In this document: one piece after another, positions 20,901-29,092 of the stretch
Position numbering within the stretch: position 1 is the stretch's first letter
Layout: each line of letters begins with the position of its first letter
Origin: Candidatus Binatota bacterium
GTDB taxonomy: Bacteria; Desulfobacterota; Binatia; UBA1149
Assembly: GCA_012960245.1 (NCBI GenBank)
Contig: DUBO01000038.1
Span: 10,627-74,626, forward strand
Reading direction: 5' to 3'
Length of the DNA: 64,000 nt
The notes under the pieces: model-generated
Told to the model about the DNA's origin: nothing
Database searches by the model: none
Seen by the model: only the letters and a program-made list of their open reading frames with translations
Program-made: the position numbers and the translations under genes

Positions 20901-21820
20901 CGCTGACCTGCGACGACAACGCCGACTGCGGTGCTTTTGCCCCCTGCAACGGTGGCGGGAGCATGGCTGAAAACAACCTGCTGCTGCGCCGCGAGGGCAA
21001 GAACTTTGACTACGCCGGCTTTGGGACTTCGGCGCCCGGCAGTGTCCAGAAATGCGGCGACGCCGAACACCAGAACGTGGGCACCTGCGGGCCCGCCGCG
21101 GCAGTAGCAGACTGCACGGACGCGCCCGGGGTCGACGAAGCCAGCGTGGCCAACTGCTGCGACACGGCCGGCAACTCCTGGCCCTGGCAGACCTGCAACT
21201 TCTCCGAGTACTACTTCGGAGAACTTTCCGGCGACCTTATACCAGGCAAGGGCAGCGAGAAGACCGACTGTCACCTCGAGTGGAGCGTGGTCAATCCTTT
21301 CAACACCGAGGACAAGTACGACAGGAGAGGCCTGCTCAACTACAAGCAGGACTGCACCGATGGTGACGCCAATTGCGACAAGGACGGCGAAGCCAACGGG
21401 GTGTGTATCTTCGAAATCGGCCTTTGCCTGAACGTCGACGACAGTCGCCTGTTCGACAAGAAGACCCTCGACCCGGTCTGCACCCCGACAGCGACCGACC
21501 TGTTCCAACTCAAGAAACCCCGGCCCAACAGTCGCAAGCTGCACGAGGCCGAGGCGGCCGAGGCGCTGCTGGCCGCGGTGATGGAGCTCGACGTGGAGGC
21601 AACGATCGGTGGCCGCAGGCTCAACGAGGTGACCTTCTCGGGTCTCGGCTACGACAACGGCGACGCCTGCACCAATACATTCCAACTCGAGGTGCCGCTC
21701 AACGGACGCTCCAAGGCCAAGGGCAAGCTCAAGGCCGGCGTAGAAACCGTAGCCTCGGAAACCCTGCGCGCAACCAAGGACAAGGACACGCTCAAGTTTA
21801 CCTGTTACAGCAGCGAGTGA
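17948..21820 (+). CDS. Large secreted FG-GAP (integrin-alpha-like) repeat protein with tandem Cys-rich 79-aa repeats and thrombospondin-type-3-like Asp-rich segment
   Basis: Signal peptide (LLALAVLAITLTAQQAQA). >=6 FG-GAP-like units (GDLDADGFDDIAIGVPG, ADIDCDGQNDLIIGDP, GDIDNDGLVDLVVGAP...). Repeats NGTACTDDGLYCTGTETCQAAVCTSAGDPCAGGAECxDSCDEAANSC. Then DTDADGDLICGPDDNC. Confidence 0.8.
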   Translation: MTTEYHSSIYRSDPMGPGAACVAVRGFSLLALAVLAITLTAQQAQAVPAEVSAQAVSGHDYLGGGALATDSGRGVAVGDLDADGFDDIAIGVPGSDHVCLVRGPIAMGAAPEDVSVLCKAGAVAPNAFRINAPTALTGSGGFGLGLEIADIDCDGQNDLIIGDPLADPVAGLAGGVKVDGGAIHVLHKSAGLVWGQEIFADNWRLYTGGNGYSIMSGGAQLEMFGYPAAGDIDNDGLVDLVVGAPIHRHGFARAGRVYLLGTAAVVEFNFCANGPINNPVSQPLSIMDGAPACGGSCSCVASACIDMKKDDAWFGQGIDVADVNADGIDDLVVGSPSDGVAVESRVYIKYGPIAASPAVYPVDFPSPYSSADSCIGDGDAAFDRLGTDLAAADYDGDGKLELYIGAPLYSGGGMVQNGGVFALTGGNYGALTTSISTAPVVWYGKVNDGNLGWGVDLGDLDDDGALDLSVGGSGIGDPNGSTHVIKEPAPDPCLTLVCNDANECTSDSCALGACVFTPVANGTACTDDGLYCTGTETCQAAVCTSAGDPCAGGAECDDSCDEAANSCAVAVNTACTSDGNECTDDACDGTGACAHPAVANDTVCTDDGLYCTGSESCQAGACTSDGDPCVGGAECADSCDEAANSCDVSAGTACTNDGNECTDDQCDGAGACAHSAVANGTACSDDGLYCTGTETCQAASCTSAGDPCAGGAECADSCDEAANSCDVSAGTACIDDGNECTDDECDGAGACAHPALANGTACSDDGLYCTGIETCQAAVCTGAGDPCSGLGVCFSCDEAADSCDDTDADGDLICGPDDNCAAEYNPDQLNSDCPPGGTDTGFGGIDCSAPLGANEAGCCDGGDVCDACPANNDNSKCDAGLSGGESIGAAGGSFSLGGCLSVTIPAGALAADTSISVSTGLNASTNPLIGGDPIKLKKAGGSSVHKYIILPHGQSFLVPITLGFCWDDADNDGTVDLGTCDLDASLTCDDNADCGAFAPCNGGGSMAENNLLLRREGKNFDYAGFGTSAPGSVQKCGDAEHQNVGTCGPAAAVADCTDAPGVDEASVANCCDTAGNSWPWQTCNFSEYYFGELSGDLIPGKGSEKTDCHLEWSVVNPFNTEDKYDRRGLLNYKQDCTDGDANCDKDGEANGVCIFEIGLCLNVDDSRLFDKKTLDPVCTPTATDLFQLKKPRPNSRKLHEAEAAEALLAAVMELDVEATIGGRRLNEVTFSGLGYDNGDACTNTFQLEVPLNGRSKAKGKLKAGVETVASETLRATKDKDTLKFTCYSSE
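19506..20330 (+). repeat. Intragenic near-identical tandem DNA repeats, 237-bp unit (~3.5 copies), encoding the 79-aa Cys-rich repeat
   Basis: gccaacgg/acnnn...tttactgcac unit recurs at ~19506, 19743, 19980, 20217. The ORF track shows near-identical antisense mini-ORFs at 237-bp offsets (19537-19761, 19774-19983, 20011-20220). Confidence 0.8.
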
Positions 21821-21831
21821 GCCTGCAGCCG

Positions 21832-21862
21832 CGCCGGCCGAAACCAGGCCGACGCGGCTACG
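21832..21862. terminator. GC-rich hairpin between convergent genes (possible bidirectional terminator)
   Basis: gccgcgccggcc-gaaacca-ggccgacgcggc nested stems. No clear T-tract. Confidence 0.3.
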
Positions 21863-21874
21863 GCCGCGGGTCGT

Positions 21875-22852
21875 TCAGACCAGCGGCACTACCTCGCGCA
21901 TAAATCGGCGTGCCTGCGAATCCTCACCGCCGGCGTCGCAGAGGTCCTGGAACCAGCAGATCACCAGCGACGCGCCCCGCTCGGTAAAAAACCTTATCTC
22001 GGCCGCGATGTCTTCGGCCCGGCCCGTCCAGCAATTGGCCAGGAACTTGGTGAGTTGTTTTTCGTTGTAGTGCGGCCACCAGCGTGCGGCAAAATCACGT
22101 AGCTCGGCTTCGCTCTCGTAGATCACGCAGGTGTTCTCCACCGATATGCGCACGCTGTCGGGGTCGCGGCCGCGGTCGCGACAGTGCCCTGCAAGGATCT
22201 CGCGCTTGCGCTCGTACTCGTCGGGCCCGCGGTTATGGTTCCAGCCGTCGGCCACTTCGGCCACCATGCGCAGGCCGACTTTTTCGCCCTGCGTGCCTAT
22301 CCATATCGGGGGCCCCCCGGCCTGCAGCGGCTTTGGCTCGTTTATGGCGTCGGTCACCCGGTGGTGCACACCCTCCACGGTGGCTTTCTCGTCTGCGAAC
22401 ATCGCCCGGCAGATGCGCGCCGTATCCTCCATGCGGTCGAGCCGCTCGCGTATGCCGGCAAACGGGTACTCGTAGGCCTCGAACTCCTCGGTTTTCCAGC
22501 CGGCGCCTAAACCCAGGTCGACCCTGCCGCCGCTCATCACGTCCACGCAGCTGGCGAGCTTGGCGAGGTAAGCCGGGTTACGGTAGGCGCTGCAGGTCAC
22601 CAACTGTCCCAAGCGCACTCGGCTTGTCACCTGCGAGAGAGCGGCCATCGTACTCCAGCACTCGAAGGTTGGCTCCATGGCCGGGCGCGGCACGGTGTGA
22701 AAGTGGTCGTACAACCACAACGAGTCGTAGCCAGCGTCTTCAAGCGCGCGCGCACTCGCGGTCAAGGCATTCCACTGGGACTCGCCGCCCTGGAGATGCT
22801 GCATCTCCATGCGCCAGCCCTGCGGCACGAACGTTCCATATTCAACGGCCAT
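21875..22852 (-). CDS. Luciferase-like monooxygenase (LLM) family flavin/F420-dependent oxidoreductase
   Basis: LLM fold hallmarks: N-terminal GxF...W..DH..., GLGAGW. Confidence 0.75.
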   Translation of the reverse strand: MAVEYGTFVPQGWRMEMQHLQGGESQWNALTASARALEDAGYDSLWLYDHFHTVPRPAMEPTFECWSTMAALSQVTSRVRLGQLVTCSAYRNPAYLAKLASCVDVMSGGRVDLGLGAGWKTEEFEAYEYPFAGIRERLDRMEDTARICRAMFADEKATVEGVHHRVTDAINEPKPLQAGGPPIWIGTQGEKVGLRMVAEVADGWNHNRGPDEYERKREILAGHCRDRGRDPDSVRISVENTCVIYESEAELRDFAARWWPHYNEKQLTKFLANCWTGRAEDIAAEIRFFTERGASLVICWFQDLCDAGGEDSQARRFMREVVPLV

Positions 22853-22901
22853 GACGGTTAGTTAGGCGAGCGCCCCCGCTCTGGCAATCAGGCGGCCCGC
22901 T

Positions 22902-24479
22902 TCAAGGGCGAACCGTATGACTGGTGGGCCCCACCAGCGTGGCCAGGCGCGGCTGTATCCACTCCACCCAGCGGCACAGGCGCTCGCGGGTTTCGGCGGG
23001 CTCGATGAGATCGTGCACACCGAAGGACTCGGCGCGCGGAAACGGCGTGCGCGAGGCGGCGAACTGTTCCTCGAGCTCGCTGCGAAGGGCGTCGGGATCA
23101 TCGGCGGCGGCTATCTCGCGTCCGAAGGCCACCGCCACGCCACCCTCGACGGGCAGCGCGCCGCTCTCGGCCGAGGGCCAGGCCAGCACGTACGAGTCCG
23201 GGCCGAAATGGGCCGCGGCGGCCACGCCGAAGGCCTTGCGCAGGTGAACCGCCGCCCAGGGCACCGATGACTGGTTGGCCGCAAATATGGTCTGCGCGCC
23301 GTAGCGGATGGTGCCGGCCGCCTCGGCACCGGTGCCTATCATGAAACCGGGCTCGTCGACCAGGCTGATGATGGGCAGGTGAAAGCTGTCACAGAGGTCA
23401 ATGAAACGCCTGGCCTTCTGCGCCCCGTCGGCGTCCATCGCGCCAGCCCAGAAGCGGCAGTCGTTGGCCCACACGCCCACCGCCTGCCCGTCCAGTCGCG
23501 CCAGGCCGGTGACCTGCGAAGGCCCGTAGCCGGCCGACATCTCGAAGAAACTGCCCGCGTCAAATACCAGTTCCAACACCCGCCTGATGTCGAAGGCCTT
23601 GCGACGGTCGCGCGGGATGATCGAGTTGAGTTCGCTTTCGGCCCGGGATGGATCGTCGTCGCAGGCCACCCGGGGCGCCGGCTCCCAGACGTTGGTGGGC
23701 AGGTAGGAAAGAAAGCGCCTTACCTGCGCCAGCGCACCCGCTTCGTCGTCGGCCAGGTTGTCGACCACGCCGCTGTGCATGTGCACGGCCGCACCGCCGA
23801 GTTCTTCCTTGGTTTTCTTCTCGCCCAGCGCGCGCTCAACAACCGCCGGCCCGGCGATGAGCACCTGGGATGTATCGCGCACCATTATGGAAAAGTGAGA
23901 AGACACCAGGCGCGCAGCCGGGAAACCCGCCACCGGCCCCAGTGCCACCGACACCACGGGCACCGCCGCCATGGCCTCGGCAAACGACATGAACCTGGGC
24001 GTAACGTAAACCGGATCGCCGGCGTGGGCTCCGCCGCCACCCTTGCCCGCGTTCTTGCCGCCACGTGTTCCGGCCACGCTGCCGCCGCCGCCCTCGAGCA
24101 GGCGCACCAGGGGCACCCGGTACTGCACGGCCAGTTGCTCGGCGTAGACGCTCTTGCGCAGGCCGGCCGGCGTGGGCGACCCGCCCTTGAGCGTGAAATC
24201 CTCGCCCCCTACCACGCAGGGCCGACCGTCCAGGCGCGCCATGCCCAGCACGTAGTTGCCCGGCGTGAATTCGACCAGGCGTCCCTCGTCGTCGATCTCG
24301 GAGTGACCGGCCATCGGGCCCTGCTCGGCGAAGCTCCCCTCGTCGACCAGCACGTCAATGCGCTCGCGCACCGTCAGGCGGCCCTTGCCGTGCTGACGCT
24401 CAACGGCCTCGGCGCCGCCCATGGCCAGCGCGGCCTCGCGGCGCGCCCGTATCCCCTCGGTTTCCTTGTCCCAGCCCAC
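22902..24479 (-). CDS. Acyl-CoA carboxylase carboxyltransferase subunit (propionyl-CoA carboxylase beta-like)
   Basis: Carboxyl-transferase domain: GKGRLTVRERIDVLVDEGSF ... GGEDFTLKGGS ... two-lobed CT architecture. Confidence 0.8.
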   Translation of the reverse strand: MGWDKETEGIRARREAALAMGGAEAVERQHGKGRLTVRERIDVLVDEGSFAEQGPMAGHSEIDDEGRLVEFTPGNYVLGMARLDGRPCVVGGEDFTLKGGSPTPAGLRKSVYAEQLAVQYRVPLVRLLEGGGGSVAGTRGGKNAGKGGGGAHAGDPVYVTPRFMSFAEAMAAVPVVSVALGPVAGFPAARLVSSHFSIMVRDTSQVLIAGPAVVERALGEKKTKEELGGAAVHMHSGVVDNLADDEAGALAQVRRFLSYLPTNVWEPAPRVACDDDPSRAESELNSIIPRDRRKAFDIRRVLELVFDAGSFFEMSAGYGPSQVTGLARLDGQAVGVWANDCRFWAGAMDADGAQKARRFIDLCDSFHLPIISLVDEPGFMIGTGAEAAGTIRYGAQTIFAANQSSVPWAAVHLRKAFGVAAAAHFGPDSYVLAWPSAESGALPVEGGVAVAFGREIAAADDPDALRSELEEQFAASRTPFPRAESFGVHDLIEPAETRERLCRWVEWIQPRLATLVGPTSHTVRP

Positions 24480-24538
24480 GGACTGGTTTTAGCAAACCCC
24501 GGCCGTGATGAAAGGCCGCGTCATTTACCCACCTCTTT

Positions 24539-27340
24539 CTACAGGCACAGGCAGCCCGGTGCGCCGGTGGGATCGACGGTACAGACCTGGGCGGGATCGG
24601 CGCACACCCCGTTGCAGGTGGGTCCGCCAAGCGACTCGCAGGGGTCCTCGGGTGGATCAACGCACTCGCACTCCTGCAGCCCGGCGCTGTACTCGCAGAC
24701 CTGGCCGGGATTAATGCACACCCCGTTGCAGGTGGGTCCGGCCAGCGACTCGCAGGGGTCCTCGGGCGGGTCAACGCACTCGCACTCCTGCAGTCCGGCG
24801 CTGTACTCGCAGACCTGGCCGGGGGTGCTACACCACCCGTCACAGGTGGGTCCGGCCAGCGACTCGCAGGGATCCCCCGGCGGGTCAACGCACTCGCACA
24901 GGGCGGCAGTCACTACACCCGACTGCTCACAGAGCTGAGGATACGGGCAGGTGCCCGCGCAGGCAGGCGACGACGCCACGACGCAGGGCAACAGCTTCCA
25001 CGGCCAGCAGCTACCGTCCGTCACGTCGTTGTCGAACTGGTCGCAGTCATACTCCAGGTTGTCAACGCCGTTGATCAGCCGCGCCATGCGCGCAAGTGCG
25101 ACCCTTTGGACACAGTCCACGAACGCCGCCGGCGCGACAGAGCGGTCAGCGAGTGCGCACTCACCGGGAAACGCCAGCCCGAGATCCACCGTCGCGCACT
25201 TCTTTAACACCGCCTTCTCTACCTTGGCGACCGACCGCGCCAGTTTGCCGCGAGCGTCAGTCTTGATCGCCTCGAAGCCTTCGACCAGCGGACCGGGAAG
25301 TACCGGCAACTCCGGCACTTCGAGCAGGCCTTTCTTCTTCCAGTACGCAAAGCTCCCCAGGCCCGATTTCATTACCCCGCCCATGGCCTTGAATACGACC
25401 GCCTGGCAGCGAGCGCCGTCCCGGTCAATGTCATCCGCGATAATCGCTGCGTCGGCGTCGTCACCCAGCAGGTCAACGAGCGTTCCTACCTCGTGGTCGA
25501 GCACCTCGGCCGCGGCGTCGGCCGCCGCCACGTAGCCATAGGGGGGCGCCGGATTGAGCGCGAAGACTTCGCACTTCGTCGTGTCCACCTTTTCCAGCTT
25601 GGCGATAGCCTTTGCCACCTTGCCCCTGCGATCGGCCCGAACACACTCGGCCACGCTGGCCTCGCGCCCGCGACCGGCATCCTTGACGCAGGAGGCATTC
25701 TCTTTTTCCTGGACCTTGGCCAGCTTGAACGCCGCCTTGTTCATGGCGGCAATGCAGCCCGGGGCGCCCTCCGGAAATTCGAACGCCGAGGTGCAATCGT
25801 CGAAGCAAAAGGGACTACCCCCCTCGCTGAACGGCGGATCACAGTCTTCGCCCGGGCCGACCATGCCGTCGCCGCAGATCGCCCCGCGCGCGAACAGGAT
25901 GTCCCAGTCATTGTCGATGCCGCCCGTGTCGTATTCACTCGCCCACACCGCCACCCAGTTGCCGGCGCTGTCGCTTGTCAGCTGGGGGACGAAGTCCCAG
26001 ACAGAATCAACAGCAGCGTGGCTGTTGAGCGGCGCCGCAGCGCTCCAGGTCGCACCGTTGTCGGTCGAGCGCGCGAACAGGATGTCAGGATCATCACCGA
26101 TGCCGCCCGTATCGTAGGAACTCTCCCACACCGCCACCCAGTTGCCGGCGCTGTCGGTTGTCAGCTGGGGGTAGGAGTAATTCCAAAGACTAGAAAAATC
26201 CGAAGAATCAGAATCAACAGCAGCATAGCTGTTAAGCGGCGCCGCCGCGCTCCAGGTCGCGCCGTTGTCGGTCGAGCGCGCGAACAGGATGTCATAATCA
26301 TCACCGATGCCGCCCGTGTCGTATTTACTCCCCCACACCGCTACCCAGTTACCGGCGCTGTCGGTTGTCAGCTGGGGGGGCAGGTCATCATAGTCACCAC
26401 CAGGATCAACAGCAGCGTAGCTGTTAAGCGGCGCCGCAGCGCTCCAGGTCGCGCCGTTGTCGGTCGAGCGCGCGAACAGGATGTCATAATCACTACCGAT
26501 GCCGCCCGTGTCGTAGCGACTCCACCACACCGCCACCCAGTTGTCAGCGCTGTCGGTTGTCAGCTGGGGGAATAAGTCAGAATCACCATCCCACCCAGGA
26601 GAATCAACAGCAGCGTAGCTGTTAAGCGGCGCCGCAGCGCTCCAGGTCGCGCCGTTGTCGGTCGAGCGCACGAACAGGATGTCAGAATCATTACCGTAGC
26701 GACTCCACCACACCGCCACCCAGTTGCCGGCGCTGTCGGTTGTCAGCTGGGGGGACCAGTCAATAGTACCGTCACCAGTACTTGGGCTGTGAAGCGGCGC
26801 AGCGGCGCTCCAGGTCGCGCCGTTGTCGGTCGAGCGCGCGAACATGATGGCAGGATCAGTAGTCGGGTACCCACTGGTCCACACCGCCACCCAGTTGCCG
26901 GCGCTGTCGGTTGTCACCGGGACCCCCCCGCCGTTGTTGATTGGGTTCCAATTCCAGTCAGTGTTAACTGTTGCGTAGCTGTTAAGCGGTGCGGCCGCGC
27001 TCCAGGTCGCGCCGTTGTCGGTCGAGCGCGCGAACAGGATGTCCCAATCACCACCTATGCCGCCGGTGCCGTATTCACTCCTCCACACCGCCACCCAGTT
27101 GCCGGCGCCGTCGGTTGTCAGCTCGGGGACCCTGTCCCCGTTAGAACTGCTATACCCACCATGAAAATCAACAGCAGCGTAGCTGTTAAGCGGCGCCGCA
27201 TCTCCGAACTTCATGCCGGCGGCTCCCACCGGTGCGGCCGACAGTACCAGCATCGCCAGCACCGCCACCGTTAAAGCCGCTACGCTCACAACGCTCCGGA
27301 CAGTCTCCAACCTTGAAATTGAAACCACGTCTGAATCCAT
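24539..27340 (-). CDS. Secreted BNR/Asp-box repeat protein (sialidase-like beta-propeller repeats) with myxo_disulf-like unit and C-terminal 6-Cys tandem module
   Basis: Signal/TM N-terminus. ~9 repeats of ILFARSTDNGATWSAAAPLNSYAAVD (SxDxGxTW Asp-box). ICGDGMVGPGEDCD. C-terminal 3x PCESLAGPTCxGxCxxPGQVCEYSAGLQECEC. Confidence 0.8.
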   Translation of the reverse strand: MDSDVVSISRLETVRSVVSVAALTVAVLAMLVLSAAPVGAAGMKFGDAAPLNSYAAVDFHGGYSSSNGDRVPELTTDGAGNWVAVWRSEYGTGGIGGDWDILFARSTDNGATWSAAAPLNSYATVNTDWNWNPINNGGGVPVTTDSAGNWVAVWTSGYPTTDPAIMFARSTDNGATWSAAAPLHSPSTGDGTIDWSPQLTTDSAGNWVAVWWSRYGNDSDILFVRSTDNGATWSAAAPLNSYAAVDSPGWDGDSDLFPQLTTDSADNWVAVWWSRYDTGGIGSDYDILFARSTDNGATWSAAAPLNSYAAVDPGGDYDDLPPQLTTDSAGNWVAVWGSKYDTGGIGDDYDILFARSTDNGATWSAAAPLNSYAAVDSDSSDFSSLWNYSYPQLTTDSAGNWVAVWESSYDTGGIGDDPDILFARSTDNGATWSAAAPLNSHAAVDSVWDFVPQLTSDSAGNWVAVWASEYDTGGIDNDWDILFARGAICGDGMVGPGEDCDPPFSEGGSPFCFDDCTSAFEFPEGAPGCIAAMNKAAFKLAKVQEKENASCVKDAGRGREASVAECVRADRRGKVAKAIAKLEKVDTTKCEVFALNPAPPYGYVAAADAAAEVLDHEVGTLVDLLGDDADAAIIADDIDRDGARCQAVVFKAMGGVMKSGLGSFAYWKKKGLLEVPELPVLPGPLVEGFEAIKTDARGKLARSVAKVEKAVLKKCATVDLGLAFPGECALADRSVAPAAFVDCVQRVALARMARLINGVDNLEYDCDQFDNDVTDGSCWPWKLLPCVVASSPACAGTCPYPQLCEQSGVVTAALCECVDPPGDPCESLAGPTCDGWCSTPGQVCEYSAGLQECECVDPPEDPCESLAGPTCNGVCINPGQVCEYSAGLQECECVDPPEDPCESLGGPTCNGVCADPAQVCTVDPTGAPGCLCL

Positions 27341-27567
27341 GCCGTAAGGCCCCCTTTACCCATCGGCCGCGGCCCAGCGCGGGGACGGGAGTGTCCGGGC
27401 ACGCTAATAAACTTTTACCCGTACGGCAATGCCAACGACGCCGGTAACGGGTTACAGGCGCTTATTGCCCGCGTACGCCTGCTGGGAGACGAAAACACTG
27501 TTGGCGCAACCGGGGGGTAGCCGTTCAGGCACCCGCCAGGCGGCCCTTGCCGGCACCCCCATCCCCC

Positions 27568-27596
27568 TTGACATATATACCCCCCGGGGGTATATT
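27568..27596 (+). promoter_or_regulatory. Sigma-70-like promoter (TTGACA -17 bp- TATATT) whose spacer is a perfect 20-bp palindrome ATATACCCCC|GGGGGTATAT, a CsoR-type operator. Implies leaderless or near-leaderless csoR.
   Basis: Read directly at 27568-27596. Palindrome 27576-27595 ends 8 bp before ATG 27603. Confidence 0.65.
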
Positions 27597-27602
27597 CCCG
27601 GC

Positions 27603-27890
27603 ATGGACGATGAGACCCGCAAGAAGGTTCTGACCCGGCTCAACCGGGCCGAGGGGCAGGTGGCGGCCCTGCGGCGCATGGTGGAGCAGGACACCTACTG
27701 CGTGGACGTGCTCACCCAGGTCGCGGCCGCCCAGGGCGCGCTCGGGCGCGCGGGCGAGATGATACTGTCGAACCACATCGAGACCTGCGTCAGCCACGCG
27801 TTTGAAAGCGGCAGCGCCGACGACCGCGCGGCCAAGGTAGACGAGCTGATGGAAGTGTTCTCGCGCTACAGCCGCATAGGGGCGCGCTGA
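27603..27890 (+). CDS. csoR: CsoR/RcnR/FrmR-family metal-sensing transcriptional repressor
   Basis: LTRLNRAEGQVAALRRMVEQDTYCVDVLTQ...NHIETCV: Cys-His-Cys W-X-Y-Z ligand pattern of the CsoR family. ATGA overlap with downstream permease. Confidence 0.8.
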   Translation: MDDETRKKVLTRLNRAEGQVAALRRMVEQDTYCVDVLTQVAAAQGALGRAGEMILSNHIETCVSHAFESGSADDRAAKVDELMEVFSRYSRIGAR

Positions 27891-29086
27891 TGGTTTTCCT
27901 GGCCGAAGCCTGGGGCGTGATGCTCTCGCTGGCACCCTGGCTGCTGCTGGGCGCCGTCGTGGCCGGTCTGCTGCACGTCGCGCTCCCGGCCGGCTTCGTA
28001 CACCGCGAGCTGGGCGGGCGGCTGGGCGTTCTCAAGGCCGTCGCGCTGGGCGTGCCGCTGCCGCTTTGTTCCTGCGGAGTCATCCCCGCCGCGCTGGGGT
28101 TACGTCGCGACGGCGCCGGTCGCGGTGCCACGGTTGGATTCCTGATAAGCACGCCGCAGACCGGTGTTGACTCGGCCCTGGTGAGCGCGTCGTTCCTCGG
28201 CTGGCCCTTTGCCCTGTTCAAGATAGCGGCGGCCGCGGTCACGGGCATAGCCGGCGGTTACCTGGCGGGCGCGGTTTCGCCGGGAGCCGTACAAGGCGAC
28301 GAACAACAGTCGCCCGACGAACAGGCCGAGCGCAGCCTGCGGGGAATGGCGTCACACTCGATCAGTATCCTGCGCACCATATGGCGCTGGATCGCCGTGG
28401 GCGTGCTGGCGTCGGCCGCAATCTCGACCTGGGTACCGCCGGGCTCACTGGCCGGGCTGGGCAGCATGGCCTCTATGCTGGCGGTGCTGGCCGTGTCGGT
28501 GCCGCTGTACGTGTGCGCGACCGGCTCGGTGCCCATAGCCGCGGCCCTGGTTGCCGGTGGCCTGCCCGCGGGCAGCGCGCTGGTATTTCTCATGGCTGGC
28601 CCGGCCACCAACGTGGCCACCATCGGTGCCGTCTACCGGGCGCTGGGTGGCCGCACGCTGGCCGTGTACCTGGGCACCATCGTTGTCGGATCCATTGCAG
28701 CCGGCCTGCTGTTCGACTCGCTGCTGCCCGTGGGAGCCGCTGCCCTGCCCCACCACGGCAACGGGCCGGCCTGGTGGGAACTGGGCTCGGCGTTGCTGCT
28801 CACGGGAGTGCTCGCGTGCTTTGCCGTGGGCGAACTGCGCACGGCGCTTACCCGGGCCATGACCTCGCGCAGGACGGCCGACCTCGAGCTGACCGTCGAA
28901 GGCATGACCTGCAACAACTGCCGCACGCGACTGGAGACAGCGCTGCTGGCGACACCGGGCGTCAAATCGGCGGTCGTCGTGCTCGAGCCGGGCGGCGCCA
29001 GCGTATGGGGCGATGTCGACGAGCAAAAGGTCCGCGAAGCGATAAGCGAGGCCGGCTACACCCCCCTGCCGGCCACGGGTGACTGA
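27890..29086 (+). CDS. ArsP_1/DUF318-type permease fused to C-terminal heavy-metal-associated (HMA) domain
   Basis: Polytopic membrane protein with LPLCSCGVIP and VPLYVCATGSVP motifs (ArsP/DUF318 family). C-terminal GMTCNNC HMA motif. Confidence 0.65.
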   Translation: MVFLAEAWGVMLSLAPWLLLGAVVAGLLHVALPAGFVHRELGGRLGVLKAVALGVPLPLCSCGVIPAALGLRRDGAGRGATVGFLISTPQTGVDSALVSASFLGWPFALFKIAAAAVTGIAGGYLAGAVSPGAVQGDEQQSPDEQAERSLRGMASHSISILRTIWRWIAVGVLASAAISTWVPPGSLAGLGSMASMLAVLAVSVPLYVCATGSVPIAAALVAGGLPAGSALVFLMAGPATNVATIGAVYRALGGRTLAVYLGTIVVGSIAAGLLFDSLLPVGAAALPHHGNGPAWWELGSALLLTGVLACFAVGELRTALTRAMTSRRTADLELTVEGMTCNNCRTRLETALLATPGVKSAVVVLEPGGASVWGDVDEQKVREAISEAGYTPLPATGD

Positions 29087-29092
29087 CTGCCG

